This document shows positions 50,617 through 63,856 of a DNA stretch of 64,000 nt, one piece after another. The first letter of the stretch is position 1; every line of letters starts with the position of its first letter. The stretch lies in NCBI RefSeq assembly GCF_009914755.1, contig NC_060935.1; one strand, 5' to 3'. Source of the DNA: the human T2T-CHM13v2.0 reference genome, Homo sapiens. Both the position numbers and the translations under genes were made by a program. Below the pieces are notes generated by a model. It saw only the letters and a program-made list of their open reading frames with translations, was not told where the DNA came from and did no database searches.

Positions 50617-51347
50617 TCTTTCTTTTAGTGAAGGTGATTTTCTCAAGCAGTAAGACTTAATTTCTTGCTTTTTGTTTTTTTGTGTATCCATTGTATGCCT
50701 TTTGATTTGAGGTTACCATGAGGCTTCCAAATACTCTCTTATAATCTATTATTTTAAGCTGATAACAACACAGTTTGTAGGAACAAACAAGCAAGCAAAA
50801 GAAAACTAATAAAAACTCGACATCTCAACATCATCCACCTGCTTTTTAACTTCTTGTTGTTTCCATTCACATCTTTAATGTACAGCCTATGTCTTGAAAA
50901 GTTGCTGTAGTTATTATTTTTGATTGATTCAATGTTTACTCTTTCTACTTAAGAATAGTTTATCCACCACATTTACAGTATTATAATATTCTGCTTTTTT
51001 CTCTGCGCTTACTACTGCCAGTGAGTTTTGTACCTTCAGATGATTTCTTATTGATTTTGACATCCTTTTGTTCTGATAAAAGTATTCCCTTTAGCATTTC
51101 TTGTAGGACACGTCTTGTACTGATGAAATTCCTCAGCTTTTGTTTGCCTGGGAAAGTCTTTATTTCTCCTTCATTGTTGAGGAATATTTTCACCAGATAT
51201 ACTATTCTAGGGTAAAAGTTTTTTTTCTTTAGCACTTTAAATGTATCATGCCACTCTCTCCTGGACTGTAAGATATCCACTGAAATGTCTGCTGCCAGAC
51301 ATATTGGAGTTCATTGCATGTGATTTGTTTCTTTTCTCTTGCTGCTT
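50617..51347 (-). mobile_element. L1MA ORF1 C-terminus and inter-ORF segment
   Basis: ORF 50981-51280: [22 protein letters not shown]...EGEIKTF...LQEMLKG. Confidence 0.85.
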
Positions 51348-51393
51348 TTTTACAACAATTTTTTTACCAGCAGTGTTTGAAGATTCTTGTTTC

Positions 51394-51687
51394 TTTTTTT
51401 TTTTTTTTGAGACGGAGTCTCACTCTGTCGCCCAGGCTGAAGTACAGTGGCATGATCTTGGCTCACTGCAACCTCTGCCTCCCGGGTTCAAGTGATTCTC
51501 CTGACTCAGCCTCCTAAGTTGCTGGGAGTACAGGCGCACACTACCACGCCAGCTAATTTTTGTATTTTTAGTAGAGTCGGGGTTTCACCATGTTGGTCAG
51601 GCTGGTCTCAAACACCTGACCTCGTGATCCACCCACCTTGGCCTCCCAAAGTACAGGGATCACAGGCATGAGCCACCACCCCTGGCT
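51394..51687 (-). mobile_element. AluSg-like with 16-bp TSD
   Basis: gaagattcttgtttct (51379) / gaagattctcatttct (51688). Confidence 0.95.
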
Positions 51688-51892
51688 GAAGATTCTCATT
51701 TCTATACATCTTCATCACCTTTTTTATTATCTGACTATTTTGATTATAGCAGTCCTACTGGTTATAAAGTGGAATCTCACTGTGCTTTGATTGGCATTTC
51801 TCTGATGACAAATGTTGAGCACGTTATCATTTGCTTAATGGCTATATATATATTTTTCGTTTTGGAGAAATGTCTATTCAGATTATTTACTG

Positions 51893-52021
51893 ATTATTAT
51901 TATTATTTTTTTGACAAAGTCTCGCTCTGTCACCCAGGCTGGAGTGCAGTGGCGTGATCTCTGCTCACTGCAACCTCACCTCCTGGGTTCAAGTAATTCC
52001 CCCGTCCTCAGCCTCCCGAGT
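51893..52021 (-). mobile_element. 5'-truncated Alu (end of right arm only)
   Basis: gtctcgctctgtcacccaggctgg...cagcctcccgagt, after which L1 resumes. Confidence 0.88.
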
Positions 52022-54624
52022 GATTTGTCCTTTTATTGTGGATTTGTAGAGGTTCTTTATACATTCTGAATAAAAGTTCTTCCTCAGGCACAGGACTTGC
52101 AAATATTTTCTCTCTTTCTGTGAGTTGTCTTTTCACTCTCTTGATGGTATGCTTTAATGCACAAAATTTTTAGTATGAGGAAGTCCAAATCACTTATGTT
52201 TTCTATTGTTGCTTATACTTTTGACATCACATCCAACAATACTTTGCCAAATTCAATGCCATGAAGATTTATCCAAATATTTTCTTCTAAGAGTTTTATA
52301 GTTTTAACTCTAACATTTAGGTCTTCCTTGATCTATTTGAGTCAAACCTTTAAAACTGTGTGAGGTAAGGATTCAATTTTCATTTTTTTCCCCATGTGCT
52401 GTCTAATGGTCTTGGGACAATTTATTGAAACAATTCTTCTTTCCACATTGAATAGCTTTGGTATGTTTGTCAAAAATCAGTTGACCATACTGGATTCTCA
52501 AATATATTTCATTGATCTATCTATCCCTGTCTATCTAGCCAGTATGACACTGTCTTTATAACTGTTGCTTTTTACAAACTTTTATATTTGGAAGTCTAAG
52601 TCTTACTACCTTATACTTTTTAGAAATTGTTTTGACTTGTCTGGGTTCCTTACAATTTTATATAAGTTTTATCCTTAGCTTGTCAATTTCAACAAAGAAA
52701 GTCAGCTGTGATGATGAAGGTGATTGTTGAAAGTGTTGAATCTGTACATTAATTTAGGAAGTATTGCTATCCTAAAAATACTAAGTATTTCAATCTATTA
52801 ACATGAAATTATTTAGAACTTCTTTAATTATTTCAATGATTTGTAGTTTTCACAAAATATTTTACCTTTTTTGTTAAATTTATTTTTGTTACTTGATTCT
52901 TGATGATATTGCAAATGGGATTGCTTTTTCTTCTTTTGTTTTAAAATTGTTCATTGACAGTGTATAGAAAAACAATACTTTTTAAATATTGATCTTGTAT
53001 TCTACAACTTTGCCAATCGCATTTATTAGCACTAATAGTTTTTTTTTTCTTTAGTGTGTTCTTTAGGGTTTTCTACAAAAATAATTAAGTTATCTCTGAA
53101 TAGTGACAGTTTTACTTGTTCCTTTCAACTGGATGGGTTTTACTTCTTTTTCTGGTGTATTTGCTATAGCTAGAAGCTGCAGTACAGTTTTGAATAGAAG
53201 TGGCAAGAGTGGACATACTTACTTGCTTTTGATCTTAAGAGTGAAAACATCCATTCTTTTACTGTTAAGTAAGATGTTACTGTGGTGTTTCGTAGATTCC
53301 CTTTATGAAGCTGAGAAAATTCCTTTCTTTTTCTAGTTTGTTGGATGTTTTTATCATTAAAAAAGTGTTAGATTTTTCTAATTCCATATCTGTGTTTATT
53401 GAGATAACAATGTGCTTTTTTGTTTTTTAAAAATGATCTATTCATAGAATGTGTTACATTAATTGATTTTCAGATGATAAATCAATCTTGGTCAGATCAA
53501 TGACACTGATCCCGGTATATAATTCTTTTTATGTTGTTCTGGATCTTGTTTGCAAGTACTATGTACTATGTTGAAGAGTTTTGCCTACATATTCACATGA
53601 GTTTGTGATCTGTGGTTTCCTTTCCTTGCAAGGTCTTTGTTTGTTTGTTTAAAATCATAATAATACTGGCCTCATAAAATAAGTTGGGAATTATTGCCTT
53701 TTTTATTTTTGGAAGCATTTGTGAATAATGAATATTAGTTTTTCTTCAAATTTTGGTAAAATTCGTTAGTGAAGCCATCTGAGCCTGGGCTTATTTTTAA
53801 CTCATTGATTGCTATTTTAATCACTTTGCTTGTAGGTATATGCAGATGATTTCTTATCAAGTAAGTTTCAAGAAGTCTGTCACTTCCTTGAGTCTTCTCT
53901 TTTTTTTTTTTTGCTTTGTAAATCTAGCTTTTTTTTTTTTTTTTACTTTGTTGATCTTTTCAAAGAACCAGGTATTATGGTTGTATTTCTATTCTCTATT
54001 GGTTTTTCTGGTATTTCATTATTTTTCACTCAAATCTTTATTCTTCATTTCCGCTTTATTTTGTTTGCTTTCAGTTTGCTTTTTTGCAGCATCTTAAGCT
54101 ATATTTTGAGGTTATTGGTTTTAGATCTTTAATAAGGGAATTTGAAGCTATAAACTTCCCTCTGAGCAGTACTGTAACTGCATTACATACATTTTAGTGT
54201 GTTTTGATTTCATTTTCCTTCATCTCAAAGTATGATCCGAGTTCTTTTTATTTTTTCTTTAACCCATTGGTTTTTAGGTGTATGTGTATTTTTCCAGAGA
54301 TTTTGAGTTTTCCAATTTTTGTTTCCTTTATGCTCCTACTGACAAATACATTTGAAATGTATTACATTTCAAATGTATTACATTTCTATATGAAATAGGC
54401 TTAATAGTATATTACACAGATTCTATTTTAGACAATTGCTTTCTGAATCAGTTAAGAGAAGAAATGATTAAAAACATTAATTATGCTATGCTTTATAATT
54501 AATTACCAGTTCTCTTTATTTTTAAATGTGGATTTAAATTACCATTTTTGGTTACTTGTGCTCAGCCTGAGGAACTTCCTTTAGTATTTCTTATAAGTTA
54601 GGTCTGCTAGCCACAAATTCTCTT

Positions 54625-54708
54625 GGTGCTGTTAGTGCGCAGACAAGATTTGAGCTTTGGGAGCCTCTGCCTAGATTTCAGAGGATGTATGAAAATGCCT
54701 GGGTATCT
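54625..54708 (+). repeat. Ectopic copy of THE1D internal sequence embedded in L1
   Basis: 54641-54700 matches 57457-57516 at 59/60. Confidence 0.9.
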
Positions 54709-56327
54709 ACCTTCATTTCTGAAAATAGCTTTGCTGGATATGGGATTCCTGGTTGACAGTTTTACTTTTCATTTTATTTTCCTGTGAGCATTCTGAGTGT
54801 GTTATCTCACTGACTCTGACCTCCATTGTCTTTACTGAGAAGCCAGCTATTGATTTTAATGGTGTTTTCTAGTGATTGACTTTTTTTTTCCTGTGGCTTT
54901 CAAAGTTTTCTCCTTGTGTGATTTTTAGCATTTGACTATGACATACTACTTTGTGAATTTCTTTGTATTTTCCCTACTTGGAATTTGTTGAGTTTCCTGG
55001 ATGTATTTTTCAATAAATTTAGGAAGTTTCAGCCATTATTACTTCAACTATTTTTTCTGTTCTTTTCTCTCTTCATTTTTGGGTACACCCATTAGGCATA
55101 TTAATTTTGTGCTTAATGTTGTCCCACATTTCTCTGAGGTTCTGTTCATAGTCTTCATTCTTTTTTTCTACATTCTTCAGATTACATAACCATTATCTAT
55201 CTATTTTCAGGTTCCCTAACTCTTTCTTCTGTCAGTGAAATCTACTGTTGAGATCTTATAGTGGATTTCATTTCACTTCTGTACTGATCAATTCCATGAT
55301 TTCTATTTCTTTATTTATGAAATTTTTATTTCTTTATTGATATTCTCTATTTGGTGTCACGTTGTTCTAATTCCTTATTTTACATGTGTACTCATGGTTT
55401 CCTTTAGTTCTTTATATATATTTGTAATGATATTTGTAATGACTACACTGAGTTTTATTTTCTCTTGAAACTGATGTCTGATTACTCTCACAGGCACTGT
55501 CTTTTGCCAGAATTTTTTCCAGAGTAAGGGTCATACTTTCTTACATTTTGCATATCTCACATAATTCTTGTTGTTGTTTGAAGCTGGGCATTGTAGGAAA
55601 TATATTGTAGCAACTGTAGTTACTGCCCTTTTTCTCAAGGGTTTGTTATTTTTATTCTCCTTATCATTTGTTTAATCCCTAGCTGGAATATTTTAATAAA
55701 GTTTATCCCAGCCCTCTCCTCCTGTAGTCCTAACTCCATAATGTTGCTCCTCCTAGAGACACAGCTTTGGGTATGGGCACGGTCATGCTGGTATGACAAT
55801 GAATTTGGCAAGGCTCTCTTTATCTCTTTCCTGGACCATAACCAGCTGAGAACTTTCATTAATTGCTAGCTGATTTATCTTTTTTTTTTTTTAACAAAAA
55901 TGCCTTAGGAAATAAATTGCAAACTAATTCAGTCAAATTCAGGGATCCAGAGGTCAATTTTTGATATTAATTCTGACTATAAGAGCCTCTGTCAGTTGCC
56001 ACTTAGTCTTGTTTTATCCTGCAAACGGGTTGGCTTACAATTTAGCCTGTATCTTTCTTGAATCTGCAACTCTACTCCTAATTGCCTTTCAATACTACCT
56101 CCACTATTTTTGAGATCACCCTTGGGTTTGAACTTTCCTACACTCCATTGCAAATGCAATCAGAGATTTTAGGAAAAAATTAGGAACTATGTATTTTACA
56201 GCCTGGTTTTCCCCTCAGGCAAAATGGCAAACCAGAGTTCTAGTTAGACCCTACTTAAAAACAATGGCATGCTTCTCTTGAAATGAAACCTTTACATTAG
56301 GAGCTGAGCTGTCAGAGGTAAGTGGTA

Positions 56328-58556
56328 TGATATGGTTTGACTCTGTATCCCTACCCAAATCTTATCTCAAATTGTAGTCCCCACATGTTGAGGGAAGAAC
56401 CTGGTGGGAGGTGATGGATCATGGGGACTCTTTCCCCCATGCTTTCTCAGGATAATGAGGGAGTTCTAATGAGATCTAATGGTTTTAAAGGTGGCAGTTT
56501 CCCCCGTGCTCTCTCTCTCTCCTGCCGCATTGTGAACAAGGTGCCTGCTTCCCCTTCTGCCATGATTGTAAGTTTCCTAAGGCCTACCCAGCCATATGGA
56601 ACTGTGAGTGAATTAAAACTCTCTCCTTTATAAATTACCCAGTCTTAGTATCTGTATAGCAGTGTGAAAATGAACTAATACAGATAATTGGTACTGGCAG
56701 AGTGGGGCACTGCTATGAAGATAACCTGAAAATGTGGAAGTGACTTTGGACCTAGGTAACAGGCAGAGATTGGAGCAGTTTGGAGGGCTCAGAAGGAAAC
56801 AGGAAGATGAGGGAAAGTTTGGAACTTCCTAGAAACTTGTTGGTTGAATGGTCTTGACCAAAATAGTGATATGGACAATAAAGTCCAGGCTGAGGTGGTC
56901 TCAGATGGAGATAAGAAACTTACTGAGAACTGGAGCAAAGGTCACTCTTGCTATGCTTTAGCAAAGAGACTGGTGGCATTTTGCCCCTGTCCTAGAGATC
57001 TGTGGAACTTTGAACTTGAAAGAGATATTTTAGTGTATCTGGCAGAAAAGAAAAAATTCTAAGCAGTGAAGCATTCAAGAGGTGGTATACACTTACATGC
57101 ATTCACAAAGAGATAATTTGAAATTGGAACTTATGTTTAAAAGGGAAGCAGAGCATAAAAGTTTGGAAAATTTGCAGCTTGACCATGGAGTAGAAAAGGA
57201 ATCTGGGGAGAAATTCAAGACTGCTGCAGAAATTTGCATAAGTAACAAGGAGCTGAATGTTAGTAACCAAGACAATGAGGGCAGTGTCTTTAGGGCATTT
57301 CAGAAATCTTTGTAGCCGCCCCTCCGATCACAGGAGGGAAAAATGGTTTTGTGACCTTAGTGCCCTGTGTCCCAGCCACTCCAGATCCAGCTGTGGCTAA
57401 AAAGGACCTAGATGCAGCTCAGGCTGTTGCTTCAGAAGGTGCGGTGGGTGCTCAGAAGACAAGAATTGAGCTTTGGGAGCCTCTGCCTAGATTTCAGAGG
57501 ATGTATGAAAATGCCTCAGTGTCTAGGCAGAAGTCTGCTGCAGGAGTGGAGCTTTTATGGAGACTCTCTACAAGGGCAACACAGAGAGGAAATATGCGGT
57601 TGAGTCCCCACACAGGGTCTTCACTGGGACACTGCCTAGTGGAGCTGTGAGAAGAGGGCCAACATCCTTCCGACCCAAGAATGGTAGATCCACCAACAGC
57701 TTGCACTGTGCACCTGGAAAATCTGCAGGCACTCAATGCCAGCCTGTGAAAGCAGTCACAGGGGCTGTATCCTGCACAGCCACAGGGGCGGAGCTGCCCA
57801 AAGCTGTAGGAGCCCAACTCTTGCATCAGCATGCTCTGGTTATGAGAAATAGAGTCAAAGGAATTTTGGAGTTTAAAGATTTAATGACTGCCTGGTCAGG
57901 TTTCAGACATGCATGGGGTTTGTGGGCCCTTTGTTTTGGCCAATTTCTCCCATTTGGAATGAGATTTACTCAAGGACTGTACCCCCATTTTTTCTTGGAA
58001 GTAACTACCTTGCTTTTTATTTCACAGGCTCATAGGTGGAAGGGACTTGCCTTGTCTCAGATGAGACTTTGGACTTGGACTTTTGGGCTACTGCTGGAAT
58101 GAGTTAAGACTTTGGGAGACTGTTGGAAAGGCATGATTGGTTTTGAAATGTGAAAAAGACATTGAGACTTGAGAGGAGCCGGGGCAGAACGATATGGTTT
58201 GGCTCTGTGATCTCACCCAAATCTCATCTCAAATTGCAATCCCCATGTGTTGAGGTAGGGACCTAATGGCAGGTAATTGGATCATGGGGGTGGCTTCCCC
58301 TTTGCTGTTCTCATAATAGTGAAGGAATTTTCACCAGATTTGATGGTTTTAAAAGTGGTGGTTTCCCCTTCACTCACTGTCTCTCCTGCCATCTTGTGAA
58401 GAAGGTGCCTGCTTCCTTTTTGCCTTCCGCCATGATTGTCAGTTTCCTGAGGTCTCCCCAGCCATGCAGAACTGTGAGTCAATTAAACCTCTCTCCTTTA
58501 TAAATTACCCAGTCTCAGATAGTATCTTAACCGCTGTGTGAGAACAGACTAATGCA
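56328..58556 (+). mobile_element. Complete THE1D-type MaLR provirus: 5' LTR 56328-56682, internal 56683-58189, 3' LTR 58190-58556
   Basis: Two homologous LTRs (t/cgatatggtttg ... ctaat(a/g)ca); perfect 5-bp TSD tggta at 56323-56327 and 58557-58561. Confidence 0.93.
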
Positions 58557-59169
58557 TGGTAGTAGCCTTAAATCCTTTCAACTTGCCTCTCCTAGGATCA
58601 AACTGGGTCAAGGGCAATCAGGGTTTTAGTATTCTCAATAGTACGATTCCTTAGGTAGAACCTTCACTCCATGAGTGAGAGATAAGCAGACAAAGGGATT
58701 TCTCATTTAATGGCTACACTTGCCTGGAACTTATGCTCAGCAACATGTAGCTAGGGATAAAATGATGAGTCTTGACATTCTGCTTCTTCCAGTAAAAAGA
58801 CCTTCAACTTGGAGCTAGGGGGAGAAACTTTCGTATGTTATTTTTTGCACCAGTCTCAAGTAGGAATTGGAACTCACTAAGATGGAATGAGGGAGGCAGA
58901 GAGAGAGTGGGCTCAGTTCAAATATCATAGTCATAATTTTCTTACCAAACATTAATAGACAGTTTTCATCAGATGATTCCTCGTTTGCTGTATGTCCTCA
59001 GGACCATTTCAAAAGATTTTTATAAATTTTTTTTACATCTGCAGAACTTCTCACATTATCATGTGAGAAGTCTCTCTCAGCAAACATTTAACGTTATGAG
59101 AAAAAGGGTTCTTTTTATTTACAGATATATGTGTATATATATGTGTGTGTATATATGCATACATATGTA

Positions 59170-59189
59170 TGTGTGTGTGTGTGTGTGTG

Positions 59190-59233
<44 letters not shown>
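59170..59233. repeat. Compound STR (TG)10(GATA)11
   Basis: Read directly from the sequence. Confidence 0.97.
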
Positions 59234-59234
<1 letters not shown>

Positions 59235-59259
59235 GTTTAGTTTTGGTCTAAGAACAGAC

Positions 59260-60330
59260 CAAAAGACCAATGACTTCCTAGAGAAAGCTCTGAAACAGAA
59301 CCTAGTATAGATGAAAGCACCCTCTGTAAAGGTATAATTTTATAAATTAATGATAAAATGAGTTAGTAATTAACTGTTGCAGCCCAATGGTAAAACATAT
59401 TTCAAAATAATATTAGAAGACTTTCTTACATATCAAATTCTCAAATATGTTGGGTTAATCTTAAGGCTAAAATAGGAGTAATAAAAATTACTGAAAGTGA
59501 ATATAAACATAGAAAAAGATACCACAGAGTAAGAAAATCTATAACACAATCAACAGTCAAAATAATTAGATTTATGATGTAAAAAAGAACATCTGTAAAT
59601 CTATATGACAACTCTAGAATATACATAGGAAAATTACAGGAACAGGTAATGCACATAATAAAAAAATCAAATGTAAATTAGTCTATGAAACTTTCCAAAT
59701 ATTACTACTGAATACAATCCAAATTTTTAAAATGGATATATAATGTGTATGTTTGTGCATGTGTATGTGTATGCCTATTAAATTTTATAAACATGAAAAA
59801 TAATAATACCATCTTTTGTTGGTGGTGAGGATTTGGTGAGGCTTACATATTCTTGGTTTAAGAATGAATTGGTAAAAACCAATTTATAATGTGCTTTTGT
59901 TATATGTCACCACACAAAACATTTAAATAACATTTCTTTTTAAAGATTATGTCTTATAGCATTAACCGCATTAATAAGTAAAAATAATTTGAGCTCTGAT
60001 GTTAATATGCACTGTTTTGCAAAGGTAGAAAAATCAGATTTATAAATGGCTTATTTATAGGCAAGAGTTAGAATATGATAAATGCATATAATGAGATGGA
60101 ATTTAACAATTACAAAATTATGAGGTAGAATATATACACTACCCTAGAATATATTTATCACATATTATTATGTAAAAAACAAATAAGTTTCAGGTTCAAT
60201 TACATACAATAATTCAATTTTTGTTTAAAAAATGTATGTGAACACAGTATAAATGTGGATATAATAGTTTTTATTTAAAGACATACATATTTTCTGGAAT
60301 CATATGAATAAATCAATAAAAATCATTAGG
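59260..60330 (+). mobile_element. Highly decayed L1ME-type 3' region
   Basis: A-rich sense L1-like sequence: taataccatcttttgttggtgg, ggttaagaatgaattggtaaaa. Confidence 0.45.
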
Positions 60331-60974
60331 GAATAAAAATGGTTCTCCACAGTGTAGTACTAGTTGAATGGTTTCTACTATAAACTCATTCATCTCTTTT
60401 TAGAGGAGACTGGGTCTTGGTTTTAATAAGAGGCAATACGAAAAAAATGTATTCAAAGACAATTACCAGGTTTTTGTGTTAGGCAACTAGGCTTATGATG
60501 TTGATCACTGAAATAGAAAATATAATGAGAAAAAAACATTCTAAAGAGAGAGCTGATTAATCTAGTTTTAAACAATATTTAGCTTGAATTATCTTTGTAA
60601 CATTTAGGTCTTGAAGTTCACCACATCCATTAAACAAGGAATATAAGCTTGGTAATAATTATATACAGATGAAGATAGAACTTCTGCAGTCATAGGCCAT
60701 TCAGAAAAATCTTACAGGGCAATGTTTTAGAAAAATGGAATTATTGATGTTTTGGGGAGAATATTCCTCATTGTAAAGTATTATCTCAAATGTTTTAGGG
60801 AAATTACCATCTTCTTTCCCTGATCAGTAAATATCAATAGTTTTCTAGGTTAATTTTAAGCACCAAAACTTATTGCCAACACATTTGCAAGTAGCTCATA
60901 GGTTATATTTCTTTTTCCGATTACCAATTACTTGTGTCTAGAGAGAAGAGTGAGGTGGATATCTGGAAGTTATA

Positions 60975-61028
<54 letters not shown>

Positions 61029-61195
61029 ATATATACCACTCATATATATGTAATTATATATTCTATTGTATAGAATATATAATGTTATTAATATAAAATA
61101 TATTTATATTATATTAATATATAATATCAATATAGTAATATGAATATTAACATATAATATAAATATATAATATATATTTTATATATATATGAGTG

Positions 61196-61266
<71 letters not shown>
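60975..61266. repeat. Compound microsatellite and AT-rich block: (TG)8(TA)12(CA)5, AT-rich spacer, (TA)14(GA)21
   Basis: Read directly from the sequence. Confidence 0.95.
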
Positions 61267-61270
<4 letters not shown>

Positions 61271-61714
61271 TAGAAAATAGTCTATGAAGGAAACTGAGAA
61301 AGATTTGTCCAGGGGAATTACAGAAAATTAAAAGACACAGTAACAAAAGGAAAAAAAATAATCTATGGATAACAAAAGAGAATTGGCAGTAGTAGGTAAA
61401 AATTGCAAAATATACAAATAAAGTCTGAAAAGTATTGATTCATTTCAGTAACAAAAAAATTATTGTATATGTGGGTAGGACTTTTTGGGTCACGGGGTAA
61501 TGAAGAATGAATAAGTGTTATAATCTCTGTCAAGAATATAACTTTTTAGAGATGTGACAAGGCAATAGGTGAATGAAGTTCAAGAAACTCAATAAAGGTT
61601 TACCAGTGACATTGTTGTTGTTTTGAAGTGATGAGAAAAACTCACAAAATGCAAAAATACAAAGAGAAAGTGCCAGTGAATAAATATTTTTGAAGATATA
61701 AGATAAATGGGTCA

Positions 61715-61950
61715 TATTTTGATTTCCATATTTTATATTTTCAATGTGGTCATCATGGAAATTACATATAACAATTTAAAGTTATAACAATTTGATTTGG
61801 CAGGAACTTAACTTCAATTGCATGCAAAATATTTACTTCTATATAATTATGTACCCCCTTATTTTATATTACTAATGTCACACATTCCATCTTTGTATGT
61901 TGTATACCCATTAACACAGACCTATAATTATTTGATACATTTGTCTTTAA
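61715..61950 (-). mobile_element. L1M inter-ORF fragment
   Basis: gtggtcatcatggaaattacatataaca...aacttaacttcaattgcatgcaaa. Confidence 0.5.
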
Positions 61951-63111
61951 GTTCTGTCTTTGCCAGAACTGCTCTCCTGTTTGCAGTTAAATGCCTGAGG
62001 CTTTTCCAGACTAAGGTGGCATGCTTTCCGTGGCTTTATAATTCTGGTGTCTGAAAGGCAGCAACGCTGCTCCCAAATTTCCACTATGCACTCCCCTAGT
62101 AGAGGGTCTCTCCAGTGACCCTGTCCTTGTGGAAAGATTATTTCTGGGCACCCAGCCTTTCCAATACATCCTCTGAAATCTAGGTCGAAGTGGCCAAGCC
62201 TCCACCGCTCTTGAATTCTGAGTGCCGCAGACTTAGCAAGATATGGAAACCAGCAATGCTTACCACTTTTGCTCTTCAGAACTGTGGCTTTAACAGTATT
62301 TGAGGTCCTTTGAACCACCACTGGAGCTACAGTGGCTAGAATGCATTGAGTAACATCTCAAGGTGGTGTGGGGCAGCAATGCTTGACCCCATCCCCAAAA
62401 AAACCATTCTGTCCTCCCAAGCTTCTGGATTCTAATGGGAGGTGTAACCTTGAAGATTTCTAAAATGACTTTGACACCTTTTTCCCATTGTCTTGAAAGC
62501 ATCTAGCTTTCTTTGGTCATGCTAATCTCTCCAGCAAGTGTTTGCTCTGCAGTACTGTTGGATTTTTCGTCTAAAAAATGTTATTTCATTCTTTACCACA
62601 TAGGCAGGCTGCAAATTTTTCAGATTTCTGCATTTTGCTTTTCCTTTAATTATAAACTGCACCTATAGGTTATTACTCTGTTGCCCTACCTGATATTAAA
62701 TTGTTAAAAACAGCTCTACCACCTCTTGAAGGCTTTGCTGTAGAAATTTCTTCTATTAGATAACCTAGGTCATCACTCTTAAATTCAGCCTTCTGCCAAG
62801 CCCTAGGGCATAGACAGAATGCTTCCATATTCTTTGCTTAGTTTAAATGGGTGACTTTTTCTCTAGTTCTCAGTAAGTTCCTCATTTTGTCCGATGACAC
62901 ATCAACATGGCCTTGGCTGTCTATATTTCTAGAAGCACTTTGGTCATAACCACTTAACCAATCTCTGAAAAGTTCCATACTTTCCCTCATTTTTATGTCA
63001 TTTTCTGTGCCCTCCTCACTCTTCCAACTTCTGCCCATTACCAACTTCCAAAGCCACTTCTACATTTTCAGTTATCCTTATAGTAACAAGCAATACTCAG
63101 TACCAATTTTC
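61951..63111 (-). mobile_element. MST-type MaLR internal sequence (truncated)
   Basis: tacatcctctgaaatctagg; adjoins the LTR through ctcagtaccaattttc. Confidence 0.8.
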
Positions 63112-63607
63112 TGTCTAATTTCTATGTGTTGCTATAAAGGAATACCCAAGGCTCAGTAATTTAGAAAGAAAAGAGGTTTATTTAGTTAATGATTCCACTG
63201 CCTGGAAGATTGGCCCTGTGGTTGGTGAAAGCCTCAGGCTACTTCACTCATGGCAGAAATAAAGGGGAGCTGACATGTGCAGAGGTCACATGGCAAGGGA
63301 GGAAGCAAGAGAGAGAAGGGGGTGGTGCCAGATTCTTTTAAAGAGTTATGGGAACTAATAGAATGAGAAAGCACTCACCACATGTCCAGGGAAGTGGGGT
63401 GGTGCCAGATTATTTTACTAGAAGGGGGTGCCACCAGTTTCTTTTACTAGAAGGGGGTGCACTCACCCCATGTCCAGGGAGGCTATTAATCTCTCACTGA
63501 GGGATCTTCCCCCATGACCAAACACTTCCCATTAGACTTTACCTGGAGCACTGGGGATCAAATTTCACCCTGAGATTTTTAAGGGGACAAGCATCCAAAT
63601 CATAGCA
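63112..63607 (-). mobile_element. MSTB-type 5' LTR
   Basis: gttgctataaaggaatacc...gaaaagaggtttattt...catccaaatcatagca. Confidence 0.8.
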
Positions 63608-63856
63608 GTGGGCTTTTGCATTTCCCAGTATGCAAGGCTACATTTAAATGTCATAATTTCCCAAAGAGTCTCACATCAGCTTCTCCTTGGGACCTTAGAT
63701 TGTCTATTGTTAAGTCTCTACCAGTAATCTCTTGTCGCAGGCATCTGTGGCTTTGTAGTGTCCATGTAGCTTTCCTGAGCAGCAGATACTGTTTCTCCCT
63801 GTCTGAGATCTGAGTTAAGAAAAACAGTCTTAAAGAGGTCTTTGTCAGCCCCTACT

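Larger units (their letters stand above)
51350..59080 (-). mobile_element. Old L1M (MB/M4-like) body and 5' region, interrupted by Alus and THE1D
   Basis: Decayed antisense ORF2 (ttgaatagaagtggcaagagtggacat), ORF1 and 5'-UTR-like sequence on both sides of THE1D; boundaries approximate. Confidence 0.65.

Noticed and set aside
57351-58102. ORFs of 99-181 aa
   Set aside because: Fragments of the decayed THE1 internal region, with no sign of an intact gene.
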